DNA from: Camelus ferus
Lineage: Eukaryota
Direction: 5' to 3'
Assembly: GCF_009834535.1 (NCBI RefSeq)
Contig: NC_045697.1
Coordinates: forward strand, 61,072,001 to 61,136,000
DNA: 64,000 bases
Shown: positions 1-12,460 of the stretch, one piece after another
How positions within the stretch are numbered: the first letter of the stretch is position 1
Layout of the letters: each line of letters begins with the position of its first letter
Translations under genes and position numbers: made by a program
The notes under the pieces: generated by a model
What the model was told of the DNA's origin: nothing
What the model saw: only the letters and a program-made list of their open reading frames with translations
The model's database searches: none

Positions 1-955
1 ATAAACTCTAGCCCACCAGCTCAGAGCAAAATCAAATTTAAAATATATTACTGTACAGTTCTACCTTAAGCCAGGGATTTAAAAGAGTTAAAATATGTAT
101 AGCCCCTCAATCAAAATATTTAATTTACCAAAGCAGGATGTACAGGTTAGGGGTAAAGAAAGTGACATTTATTTTTGTGAAATTTCTCATTCAAACATAT
201 TACAATTAGTACTACTTGAGTTGTCTATTGCATTGGTTATTTTTCAGATGAAGTTTTAATTTCTCTTAAAAAATTAAGACTCTGGACCTTTAAGGAATAA
301 TATTTTTAAAACTAAGTATCGTTTTCAAGCACCTGCACTGAATGTTCTCTGAATTAATTCCACAAGCCAGCCACAATCATACCCTCTCTATTAGTATCAT
401 GTATTATACTGTGTATGGCTCCTATTCTTAGGGCAATTTAGAGTTGTTATGTCCTGAATGAGTCACAGATGCTCTCTTGGTTTGAATTTAACAAAGTGTG
501 GTTCTCTATTTCATTTCAAAAGATTTAAAATTTTTTTTCTATTTTAATAAAAGGTCACAGCATCTTATAACTTAGAGAAATAAGATGATATTGAAAGTGA
601 AGTGAAGGGCAAAATGACATAAACTAGGGATAAAAAATCAAGCCACAGATGATATTCCAGTTCTCCAGAAAATTCCATCTAAGACAGTGATAATCAAACA
701 TACCTATCCTAATTACAAGTGTGCAGAGTTATATCACCAATAATTTGAAATACTCTAGTACAATAGGTGAGGATGGAATACCTCATCACAAAAGGAGATA
801 ACGAGGCCAGATTAAAAATGCCAGCATATCTTTGAATGTCATAAAATATAAGTACATTTCAATATGTTCTCTAGAAATAATGACTCATTGGTGTGCATGA
901 CTATATTTTCTTTTCTAAAATAATGATATTCTAGTTTCATTAAAATTCACATTTA

Positions 956-1100
956 GGGGAGGTTATAGCTCAGTGGTAGAGTGCATGCCTAGCATGCATG
1001 AGGTCCTGGGTTCAGTCATCAGTACCTCCATTAAAAATAAATAAATAAACCTAATTACTTGCCCCCCCCAAATACAAACAAGCAAAAACAAAATTAAATG
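956..1100 (+). mobile_element. tRNA-derived SINE (camelid Vic-1-like)
   Basis: ggggagg.tatagctcagtggtagag A-box, gggttca B-box, aaataaacctaattac body and A-rich tail. Confidence 0.85.
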
Positions 1101-1574
1101 AAAAACATCTTCATTTAATATAGTAAAACCTAGCTGAGTATGCCACACCCACATTTAATAACTTACTGTATATCATTTGATTGGGTTTATATTAAATAAA
1201 GTAAGGATGTCGAACTGTGGTTATTGCAATGATGAAGAACAAAACTTTGTTCACTGAAGTAACACAGAGAACACAAGGATTTGTAAGTGCTCAGAAGCAA
1301 TCTGGTGGAGAAAACAGTGAGTTTTCAAGTAAGATCAGAATAAGTAAGGACTTGATTTCTACCTGTTACTATGATTGAAAATTTATTCAACTCTCTCGGC
1401 ATCACTTTCCTCATCTCTTTATTTATTCCTTCATCCAATGTTTATCATCAATCGTCTATGTATCAGAAAATGTGCAGTTTCTTGTCTTTAAGAAGCCTGG
1501 TAAGGGAGATTGATATGAAAGCAAAATTAAAATAATATAAATGCCACTGTAGAGTTATTTACATACTCCTACCT

Positions 1575-3960
1575 TTATTCATTCATCCAAAACATATTTA
1601 TTGAGCACCTATTCTGTGGTACAGACATTTCTTTGTGCTGGAGATACAATGATAAAAGAAAATAAATCTGTACTTACGTAGTTTTTGGCTTAGTGAAGGA
1701 TACAGATAATAAACAAATATGTTAGAAAGAAAGAAGTTAAGCAGCTTATAACCCCTCAATCCAATATTAAACTTCCTAGAGCAAGATTTAAAGGGTAGTT
1801 ATTAAAAGAGAGGGTATTTTTGTGAAAAAAATATTGTATGTTACAGAATTGTATGTATATATGAATAAAATAAATACATATAATTTATAATTAGATAGTT
1901 AATATAAATATATATTTGACAGTTATATATAAATATATATATATGGAGAACAATAAAACAGAAAAAAAGCAGAAAAAAGAGGAAATGCAGTATTAGGAAA
2001 GGCCATTACAGTAAGGCAGCATTGAGCAACCAAGCAGAAATAAACAAGGGAGGAAGTCACGTTAAATCTAGGGAAAATCATATGGCATTTAGAATTGCCT
2101 ATGCAAAGATCTTGAGGCAGGAGTATATCCGAGGGTACCAGAAACAACAGAGGCTAGTATGGCTACAGCAGAGTGAGAAAGAGGGGAGTGAAAGGAGATA
2201 ATTATCTTATAGAGTGCAACCTGATGGCCCAACTCTTTACCTCTTCTTTTCTGGTCATACAGTGTAGTTTCCCTGCCTCCTTTGTAGAAGTCACCTTGTA
2301 ACTGAGTTTGAACCAATAGAATGTGAGTGAAAGTTATACGTATAGACCCAATGTAGCCCCAAAATACTCCCACTCAGTAGCACCCACACATTCCTTCAGG
2401 CCTGATACAGAGGAACTTACAAACTAAGGAGAAACATGCTTGAAAATGCCAGATCACAAGCTGACAGGAGCTAGGTCATGAATCACTGCTCAAAAGAGAA
2501 ATTCTCATTCATCAGTTATCCATTTTCAAATTTGAATGAGTAAGAAGTAAATTACATTGTGTTAATTCACTGAAATTTGAGATTTCTCTGCTAGAACCAC
2601 TATTGCTGTCATAGCTAATAAAGAAGAGACCACTGATTAACAGGCAGTCAGATTGTGTAGGAAATTCAGGCCACAGTAAAGATCGAGCTTTTTAATCTGC
2701 ATAAGAAGGGAGATCAACAGAGTTTTTGATGTAATCTGTCTTATGTTTTAATGAGATCTCCTAGTTTTTATCTATTAACTATTGTTTCACAGTTTGGGTG
2801 AGTCCTACCCTTACCAAAATTTAAATCCTAACTTCCCAACCCTTGTTCAGGTTCCCCTCAGCCCCTTTATCCTGCTTTAAAATTCTTCTTTTTCCACAGT
2901 ACCTTGTCAGATTCCAACATATACTTTTGATCCATATTTGTACTATTTGTCTCTCCTGATCAGAGTGTCAGCTCCACAAAAGTAAGGATCTTTGTCTATT
3001 TTCTTCACTGATATATATCTCAATCACTTAAGTCAGTTCATTATATGTAGAATGTACTCAGTGACATTGGAGGAAAATTGGTTAAATGTAAGTTATTAAA
3101 AATACACAACTTTACTGAAATAAGATATTTATTTATCAAACCAAACCGGAACCAAAGCAAATGCAAAAAACATGCTGCCTTAAGTAAGTGCTCTAATTCC
3201 ATACCTTATGCAAATATATTAAAACCTTGATTAAAGTGGTAAGACAAATTGTCCTATGAAATTGCCTCCTGTCTTCGCCTGAATTACAGTTGGCTGCCTT
3301 TCTTCTGCAACATAATTTTCTGTTGGATTCTTCCTATCATTAGGTAAAATGGTCTAGAGTTTTCTATCTTAAAAACTACCTCACTTTTCCTCATAGCCCT
3401 TCCAGATACAGGTCCTCCAGCAGTAAGACTTTACCAAAAAGCTGTCTCCAGTTCCTGCCAGTCCACCTAAAAACTTTCCAATGTCCTCTCCGAATTAGAA
3501 TAAAGCTCAAGTTACTTACATGAATTATGTGGACCTGGTAGTCCCTATGGCTTGTCCAAACTCATCTCAAAGACTCCACATTCTTGACTCTTTGTACAGC
3601 AGCACTAATCTTCTTTCTGGTCCTCGAGAAGGCTGGCAGTGTGTCTGCTTTAAGGACCATTTGATTTGCTTTTCCCTTTTTCTGGAGTGCTCAGCCCTCA
3701 GACAATAACAGAATATAATTCAGGTCTCCTCTCAAATACCACTCTCCCCTGAGTCCTGCAATACTTAACCGATCTTCAGTAGCGTTCCCCCACCACAGTC
3801 ACTCTCATCACCTATTTTACTTTCCTCTTATCACTATCTGCAGTTGACTTGCCTTTTTAATAGTTTTACCACTTTGGAATACAAACACAATAAGAGCAGG
3901 GACAGTTTTTGTTTTATTTATTGCTGCATCTGGCATACATAGTATTGGACAATAACATTT
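1575..3960. mobile_element. Cluster of L2 fragments with an MLT1-type LTR nested at ~2213-2620
   Basis: L2 3'-end signature cattcatccaaaacatatttattgagcacct; MLT-like ccaatagaatgtgagtgaaag. Confidence 0.6.
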
Positions 3961-4286
3961 GCTCTGATAAGAAATGATACATAATTACAAATATTCTTCT
4001 TTGCAATTTTCAAAATTTTAGAATTGTATAATAAGTCCTGTTTGTTATTTTGAATTGCACTAAAATTAGAGAAATGAGAAAAAATTTCTGTTTTTTCTAT
4101 GTTTGATAAGCATTAGATTAAAAATATATTCATAAACATTTACACATTTGGAAGCTCAAAAAAGAATTTGGTTTTTTATCAGTAAGTGGTGATTTGTCAG
4201 ATTTCTACTTTTTGAGATCAAAGTTACAGCAACGGCTATTTACAGTCTCTTGAGAGATCGCCCATCACAGATATGCACACAAGCTC

Positions 4287-4801
4287 TGTTGTAGGCATAC
4301 TCCAAGATGGTCCATAATAATCCCTGTCTCTTGGCATTCAAGCCTTGAGAATGGGATAGACCTACTGACTGGCTTTGTTGAATAGAGTGCATGCAGCAAA
4401 GATAATGGGTCATTACTTTCACAATTACATTACTTAAGTATTGTGGCTTCTGTAATGTTAGCAGACCCTATTTTTCCCATGGATGACATGCTTTAAAAAG
4501 GCAAGCGGCCATGTTGCAGAGCCGTCCATGCCGAGGGACTGAGGTAGACCTCTGGCCAAAAACCAGTGAGGAGCTAAATCCTCCTACATAAGCTCTAAAG
4601 CAAACTCTCTTCCAGTTGAGTTTTGAGATGACTTCAGCCCACACCACACCTATGGCAGCCTGTGAGACACCCTGAGGTGGAAGACCCCAGTGAGCTGTGC
4701 TGAGTGCCTGACCCACAAAAACTGTGACACCATGAATACTTCTTATTTTGAGGTGCTAAGGTATGGGATAATTTATTACACAACAACTGATAATTGAAAC
4801 A
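4287..4801 (+). mobile_element. MaLR (MLT1-type) solo LTR
   Basis: tgttgtaggcatactccaagatgg start; gacccacaaaaactgtga..ttgaggtgctaagg..tattacacaac end. Confidence 0.75.
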
Positions 4802-5699
4802 GGCTCCTTCACATTCAGAGTCCATTTTGAAATATTCTTAGAGCTTTCACTTTTGTTTTTTGGCCCTCACTCTGCATGAGTAATTAAAATGCTTTCCTCA
4901 AAATGTTTTTGTTTGTTTATTTTAAATTTAAATCCATGTTTCCTTCCATTTACACCTGGTGAAATCATAGTCACTCTATACTTAATAACACAATTATCTG
5001 ATCAATCTTCAAGTTACTACTGTGAGAAGTGAGTATTATTGACCATCAAACCCTATTTGTGTATCTGTTGCTTAAGTTTTTGAAATTATAGAAACAGACG
5101 CTCGTACATCAGGTTGGAGAGCGGAGAGGAATGGCACACATTTCAGTGGCACATGGATTGAGGAGAAAGCAGAGCCCGGCATACATAAATGGGAACTTAA
5201 GAGTTGGAAGAGGTTGTCAAAAACAGTTTTCCCTAATCACTTATTTTATTATGTTTCTGTCAGACCACGCACACAGACATTTTTGAAATTGGATGCTGCA
5301 ATTTGAAATGATCACATCTAGTTGCAAAGAGTTAGTGTAGTGGAATGTAGATGAAAATCAATATAGAGCCTTCAATTCCCAACACCCAGTTACTCTGGGA
5401 AAATGTCAGGTTTATTCTTTATTAGAACTCAAGCAGCTGAAGTTCATGATGTCGTCTGAAAAGTTCCTGGCACACAATAGGCATTCAAAAATTGTTGGTG
5501 CTGGAATTTGCAAGAAGTGTTGTTGTACTTCTGCTTGAGTTATACACTATGTGATATTGCTACTGTTTTCTTAATTCAATGAAATTTATGTTAAAGCATG
5601 TATCAATTTGTTTGATGTCTATCTTTTTTAATAGAGACATAATGACAAGGAACATCTGCTTCTTTAATACCATATATCTGTTTTTTTTTTTTTTAAAGG

Positions 5700-5810
5700 C
5701 AGTTAGGAGCTACTGTATAACACAGGAAACTGTACTCAATATCTTATAATTATCTATAACAGAAAAGAATCTGAAAAAGAATATATATGTAAAAATAAAC
5801 AAATAAAAGA
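5700..5810 (+). mobile_element. L1 3' end fragment
   Basis: ctactgtataacacaggaaactgtactcaatatcttataat..gaatctgaaaaagaatatatatgt. Confidence 0.7.
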
Positions 5811-7258
5811 ACATGTTTGTTGGGGATAAAAAGCAAGCCAATTCGTATACAATGTATTCAATACATATTTTTAATTAAAGAAGATAAAAAAGTTACATTC
5901 ACATTTTTAACATGTATTCTATCATATTAGTTTTTAAATAATTTGAAAATAGGTCAATTTCTCTTAATCTCTTACTTGTGTTCAATATCCTTTCCATTCA
6001 ATACCCAATCTGTTGCTAGATTTCTGGTTTTATTGTTGTTTGTTCTTGTTTTTGGTATATGTGTGTATGTATGTGTTTGTGTATGTGTATCCCAAATCCA
6101 GTATAATCATGAACTTCAAGTATAATTATAATAGATCAATACTTGTCTAAAGAATATTGACTTAATATAACACACAAGTTCTTGCTAGTGCAGAGGGTGA
6201 AAAAAAATTGCAGGTTTGAATCAGGCAGCCTTGTGAGTGATGCCATGAGCATCATTTGTGAAATGTAAGTAACAACGGACATATCTTCTTAATTCTCAAT
6301 GTCTTTATCAAAGCAAAGATAAGCTTGAATACCCTGATACATATTGAGAGGACTGAATGAGTTAATATTTGGGAAAAACATATTCAAGTATATAATCTGT
6401 CAGGGGGTAGTTGCCATCAACAAATCTTCTGTCGAACTCGCTTCCATTTATTCCTCCAGTCACGCTACCGCAGCAAAGTTACAGACACACTTTACACAGT
6501 GCTCCCTATGTCATGAAGTCTCATCTCTTTCACCTATTTGTGCCCTGATAATTTCTAAAGCTGTCTTTCAGGAACACTTCAAACAACATTTCCTATAGGT
6601 CATCTTCTCTAATATTCCTATAATCCTTACTGTTGTATGCATCCCTTTACTCAATTTTTAAAATGTCACTTTATGTATCATCATCTCTCATCACTTAATA
6701 AGCAGGTAGCATTGCAAAATGATGAAAAAATGTCTTATTTTACCTTACCTTCTCTGCATTTAGCACAGCACAAAGTAGGCTCTTAATTCATAGATGAGTA
6801 AGTAAATTAGTCATTAAGAAACTGTTTCTAGTCACTAGATTTGTGTCAGACACTTACAGTAAACAGCAAATAACCTCTTCAACTGTTCATTGGCCATAAA
6901 ATTAGTTATAAACACTAAGGGTAACAAAAGAGCTACAGTGTTTTGGCATAATGGGTTACAGATAATTCTCCTTCAGAAGCTTAATTATATACATTATTGA
7001 CTTCTTATCACATAAAAGAAATATAGTTCTCTCTTCTCTGATGATAAGTTTTGTGGTCTTCTTATGGCCTTTAATTTACCTTCAATTAAACAGTCAAAAG
7101 AGCAGTTAGATTTCAGGGATTTCTTTCCTGATTAGACCAGTTGGCTCTATCCTTCCACTGGGAACATTGATATAGTTTTAGATTACTTGGAAAAACTGAT
7201 AATGAATTATGCTGCTCCAGGCTGTGGTTAATTAAATTGGCTACCCTTTTGTCTTTAG

Positions 7259-7309
7259 CATGGACAGCTGGGGCACTGGACTACAGAGGACTAATGAATC
7301 CTACTTAAG
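7259..7309 (+). pseudogene. Exon remnant (MDSWGTGLQRTNESYL)
   Basis: Acceptor cccttttgtctttag, donor AAG|gtaagt; only one open frame, phase 2 to 2; contains ATG at 7260. Confidence 0.55.
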
Positions 7310-7818
7310 GTAAGTCCTCAAGGGATTTGAATTCCTGCTGTCAGGAAGGAATATGATTTAGATTGCAAAGTTCTCCAATCTACTAAGTAGGTCAAACTCT
7401 CTATGGGAGAATATAAAGCAATTTGGGGTTTGTTAAAATCAGAAACTATACATTTAGTTCGTTATTATATCCAACAAACTTTTTTTTTTTTAATACTACA
7501 TTGTGAAGAAATGCATAGGAAATTCTTTGTATTTAATAGGGAAGCCTTTGGATCAAAGAATAATTCTGTTAGAAGCCATATGTCTCAGAACTCAAGGTCT
7601 TTCAGAAAAGCACATATGCCTAAACAGGTCATAAGCTTCATACTAAATATTTTAAAGCACTTAGTCAGATAGATGATTAAAATTGCCTTACCTGGTAGCA
7701 AATTACATTGTAGTGTGCATTTTTTTAATATTGTACATCTTACGTGTGCCTAATTTGGTGCTAAGGATAAATAAATATGTCGTGTCTTTCTATTCATATT
7801 TTGTTTATAATTTTTCAG

Positions 7819-7847
7819 CATGACCTTTGTAAATCATAAGACTACAG
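7819..7847 (+). pseudogene. Exon remnant (MTFVNHKTT)
   Basis: Acceptor ataatttttcag, donor CAG|gtagat; the only open frame is phase-compatible with 7259-7309. Confidence 0.4.
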
Positions 7848-8269
7848 GTAGATATTTCCATGTGTGTTCTAACTTCTGTGAGAAGTGTATTGAACTTCTC
7901 TAATGTGGGTCAAACTAGAAATGAAACATTCTAATGAACAGTATTAATAATAATGAGTTCTTAATCACTTTTAAATGGCAGACACTATAATAATCATTTT
8001 TCATTGATTAGTTTATTAAACATTCACAAAATTGTATATGGTAGTTATTTTTATTACTACCATTTAAAAAACAACGAAACTGAGGCACAAGGGGATCAGA
8101 AATTTGCTCGTTTATGCAGTTAGTCCACAGTGAGGCAAGATTGCAAATCCACAATAACAACAGAGCCCCCCCCCTTATAGAAAACGCAGCATTGCCTCCT
8201 TTTGACAGCAAATTGGTAAGCTTCACAGAATGCTTTATTTCAGGTATAGTGGCACGCTAAATAGGATAC

Positions 8270-8442
8270 AATACTTTACTATTCAGGACGCTCTGCGGAC
8301 CAGCTGCGTCAGCATCGTCTGGTAGATTGTTAGAACTGCAGACTCTTGGCCACAACCTGACACACTTAACCAGAATATGGTTATCAAGATTTTATCAAGA
8401 TGCTCAGATCCTTTGAATGCACATTAAATATGAGAAGCACTG
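8270..8442. mobile_element. MER5A-like hAT-Charlie relic
   Basis: ggaccagc..cagcatc..ttgttagaa.tgcagactct..gcacattaaa..tgagaagcactg. Confidence 0.65.
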
Positions 8443-9035
8443 ATCCAGCACAGTGTTACTCAACCTTCTACATGTTTAAAATCACCTGGGAAAATATACA
8501 TAATTAAGGCTGCCTAGGGATGAAATGAAAAAGGGATAGAAAGTCTATACTCTAAATCAGGTACTCTAGGTTTAAAAATTACTTATGTCACATATTATCT
8601 TTGTAAACCTGGACAAGATACTTACATTTAATGTGTTTTAGAAATCTCCTTACCTACACAATGAAGTTAATGATGCCAGTTTCATAAACAGCAGTAAGAA
8701 TAAAATTAAATCTAGAATGGTATGTGATTAATATCCTTGCTTAGTCCATATTTTAGCCAATTATTGGCAAGAATGGAACGGGGACTCAGGTCTCCTAATT
8801 TTTCCTCTACATCCCAAATACATCTTCTAATATTAGATTTTATATTTCTAATTAGAGTACTGCTAGTTAATAGAAATAGTCAAACATAAGGTGAGAGAAA
8901 TGCAGTTTGAATGTTTCTTATAGGTTAATTATCCAAAAGCTAATCAGAATGGAAAGTCTCAAGCATATACATATTATGCATTTAACTGAAAAAAATTTCT
9001 CTCTCTGGCTTTTTAAATATAGCAGTGATCAACAG

Positions 9036-9080
9036 TCCTTTTACCACAAATAGACGAATCTGAAAAGGACCCAATAGATG
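9036..9080 (+). pseudogene. Exon remnant (VLLPQIDESEKDPID)
   Basis: Donor ATG|gtatgt; acceptor ambiguous (9023, 9026 or 9036); open, phase 1 to 1 from 9036. Confidence 0.4.
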
Positions 9081-9273
9081 GTATGTTTACTCTTGTTCTC
9101 CTTAATTTTTATTGTAAAATTTAACTTCATGCCTTAGGTTCCAGAGCTATTTTATAAGCAGATTCCTGCCTCTCTCTCTATTTAATTCTCCCTCCAATCC
9201 CCCCATATACAATTTTCATTCCAGCTTTGAGAAAGAACTTGCAAATTCCTAATAGCAAAATCTTGTTTGAGGT

Positions 9274-9343
9274 GGGGAGGTGTAGCTCAGTGGTAGAGTT
9301 CATGCTTGGAATACACAGGTTCCTAATAGCTCCATTTAAAAAA
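9274..9343 (+). mobile_element. Truncated tRNA-derived SINE (Vic-1-like)
   Basis: Same head as 956; poly-A; ~17 bp TSD aaaatct(t/g)gtttgag(g/a)t. Confidence 0.8.
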
Positions 9344-9822
9344 AAAATCTGGTTTGAGATACCTGGCCTCCACACATGAATTTTTTACTGCATTTTACAT
9401 TTCTTATTTTTCTCATTGTTTTATAAACTTGCAGTGTCCTGTTTGACTATCTGGAATGAATTTAGCACTGCATTGTATTGAGATACATGGTATACTTTCT
9501 ACCTTCATAAGGCTCGAGAGGGCAGATCTGTATTATTTGTCTTCCATTTCCAAGGCTTGTCCTGAAGTTTGCTTTACTGTAGACAATAAACCATCACTAA
9601 AAGGACAATGTAACAGTGTCCTCCAAATTAGGATAGGCATGTAAAAAAAAGAGTCAAGTGAAAACACATGTGTCATATTGATACTGCAGATATGACTATG
9701 CAACTTGTTTAATGAATTCCAATTGGCTAGCATTTTCAAATAGAGCAGCAAATATTGAAATTTGTAAAAAAAAAAAAAAAAAAAACGACTTTTAGGTGAA
9801 TAGCAATATTCTCCACTCATAG

Positions 9823-10250
9823 AAAAAATGAATTATGTAAATCCAATATGAAAACTAATCAAAACTATTTATCTCAACATTCTCTGAAGCCAAAACTTTA
9901 AGGTGTAATAATCTCCATGAAGATCATGGAGTATAGACAACAAGAATGGAAAATGGAGGAAGAGAACCGTGCATGACACTCACAAATATGCTCTAGCCTA
10001 TATGTGCTTAAAGTATATGAAATTAGACAGAAAAACTGTAACAGCCCCAACTCTCTTGATTTTGGAGGAACATTGCAATTAGGGCAGCCAACAAGGTTAT
10101 GAAGCAAGAAACATTTTATGAAATTGCAGGGGAAGCTGTGAATCTTGCTGTGCCAAAATAAATAAACCACAAGATAAATATAACTCAGAAGTAGAACAAG
10201 CAAGAGAAATGATATCATTAAGACTAACTTTGACAATTACTTTTCCTCAG
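9823..10250 (+). pseudogene. Large frameshifted exon remnant (..IAIRAANKVMKQETFYEIAGEAVNLAV..)
   Basis: Acceptor ttctccactcatag, donor CAG|gtaaag; helical protein-like pieces spread over several frames. Confidence 0.45.
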
Positions 10251-11386
10251 GTAAAGCAAGATGTCGTTTTCAAAGACATGCCAGGACATAAAGTATATAA
10301 CAGAGAATACTAGCATATAAACATGCTGTTAAAAATATAGTTATGAATATATTCATTCTATTTTCGATCATCAAAAGAGGTAGCGATGACCATAGGAGAA
10401 CAATTTCTGGACTTTGAATGAGATGACCAAAGGCTAAATACATCTCTGAACCCACTGGTGTCGTGACCTTGAGCATGGTCCTGAACTTCTGAGCTTCAAT
10501 CTTTCATCTTTAGTTTGTGTCATGTGTGTGTGTTGAATGAATTAATAAATATAAAACCCCAACCCATTGTCTAAAATATGATGTACACTTAAACTATTTC
10601 TGTATTTGGCACGCAAGTGTGTAACACAAACTTTTCAAATCTGTTTAGTCTTCCTTTAAGAGATAAGGAAACTTTAAAAATATATAGCCCTTTAACAATA
10701 AAAAATCTGCTTATATTGATAGCAGATGACTGGAATTTTATAGAGTGAATATGCATTTAAATAGCAGCCTTTTTATTTGGCTTTTTCTTGCAAAATAGCC
10801 AGAAAAATGGTAATACTGTGCTTCTGAGAAAATGAGAAAATTTGGCTTCTCCTCTTTTGAAGCTCCTATGTCTGCCCTCTTCCCTAATCTCAGATATTCC
10901 TTTTCAGGGGCAGTAATTTCCTAAGCGCCAGAGAAATGCAGTAGCACCAACATTAATCTAAATGTAGTCACCCCCTTGGGGGAGATGACAGCTCCTCTGA
11001 GGTTTTTTTCCAGTGCTTCCCAGAAGCTTTTGCTGTGTGAAGTGAATAGATTACAGGCAGATTCTGCCATTCATGAAAATAATTCAGAACCGATTCTCAA
11101 GCACTCTCACCTTTTATCCACCCAGTATTTGTGACTAAATAACCAAATTAACCAGGGGATTAGAAGGTAGTTCATAAGCGAAACATCATCAACATTGATA
11201 ATAATGAACATCAAAAAACTTTGATAAGACTAAAATATTATAGATACAGGGGGAATTATCATTATTATGTAAATTATTAAAGAAACTGCACATTCAAATA
11301 CATGTATTCTAAGAATGCTGAAATGATCACAGGTGCAAATTTTTAAATTCTAAGGATTAGGTGTTTGGTCTTTTTAAAAATATAAG

Positions 11387-11511
11387 ATGAACCTGAAAAG
11401 AATAGGTAATATCTATTGAGGAATAATTAGACAGCCTCACTAGGGGTAGAAGGACAGACTGAATTCACCATGAAAATATATTATGAGCTTCCTACTAAAG
11501 TGACTTGCTAG
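11387..11511 (+). pseudogene. Exon remnant (DEPEKNR*YLLRNN*TASLGVEGQTEFTMKIYYELPTKVTC*)
   Basis: Strong donor TAG|gtaagt at 11512; weak acceptor; three in-frame stops. Confidence 0.35.
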
Positions 11512-11849
11512 GTAAGTTTTGGACATTCCTTTTCTAGTTTAAGAAAATTCTACTTAGTCAAACATCATCAGACCTTGATCCTGGAATTCCTCCACTATAT
11601 TCCACCAAGTGGATATTTTTGTTAATGTACTGCTTTGTAAGAAAAGAGTGTTCTTTTCCTCTGAGTATTTGCTTGGAATACATTATACCCCTTTCCTATA
11701 TTATGTATGAAAAACTGAAAGAATAATTATACTATTGCTTTTAGAGCACAGCATTAGAATAATCTTTATTAATTGTATAAACATTTAATAATCACCTGCA
11801 ATTAGCGAGGGATTCTTTTAGGCATTAGGAATATAAACAATCAAAGTTT

Positions 11850-12460
11850 TTGGACTCAGAGAACTTGGATTGTGAAGGCATGCATGAGGGGAGAGGAAAA
11901 GATAAACAGAAAAGCAAGAAAATATGCCTTATGTTAGAAGATAATAAATGCTACAGAGAGAGGTAAAAGTCAGAGATGGAAGTTAGGGAGTGTCTAGTGG
12001 CAGGGTGGGATGATATTTGTAGAAGCTGCATGATGAGCAGAGACCAGTAGTAAATGAGAGAGAAGCCACATGGGTATCCGGGAAAGAAAGTTTTAGGCAG
12101 AGGGAACAGCAAGTACAGAAACCCTAGAGCAGCAGCCTGCAGCCCTGGGGCTGGAGCAAGACTGGAAACGCAGGCGCCAGACTGGTTAGAGACTTGCAGG
12201 CTACTGTAAAGAACACTGGCTTTTCACTACTTTGAGATGCCATTGGAGGGTTTATCATGGAAAAATAACACAACTGACATACATTTTAAAGAATAGCTCT
12301 GGTTGCTGCACTGAAAATAGCCTTAGCCAGTGAGGCGGTTCTGACACTGTGCCTGGCTTATTGGATGAGTGGACGGGATGAGACCTAGTCAGATCAGTTT
12401 GCTGATGGTTTGGTTGTGGCCTGTGCAGAAGAAGGAGGAATCAAAGATGACCTAGCATCA
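11850..12460 (-). mobile_element. L2 fragment
   Basis: ttttaggcagagggaacagcaagtacagaaaccctagag and following purine-rich L2 pattern. Confidence 0.6.

Noticed and set aside
956..1030. tRNA gene
   Set aside because: The tRNA-like head continues into a SINE body and A-rich tail, with three diverged copies; it is a SINE
9898..10236. 112-aa hydrophobic minus-strand ORF
   Set aside because: Antisense shadow of a purine-rich + strand exon remnant
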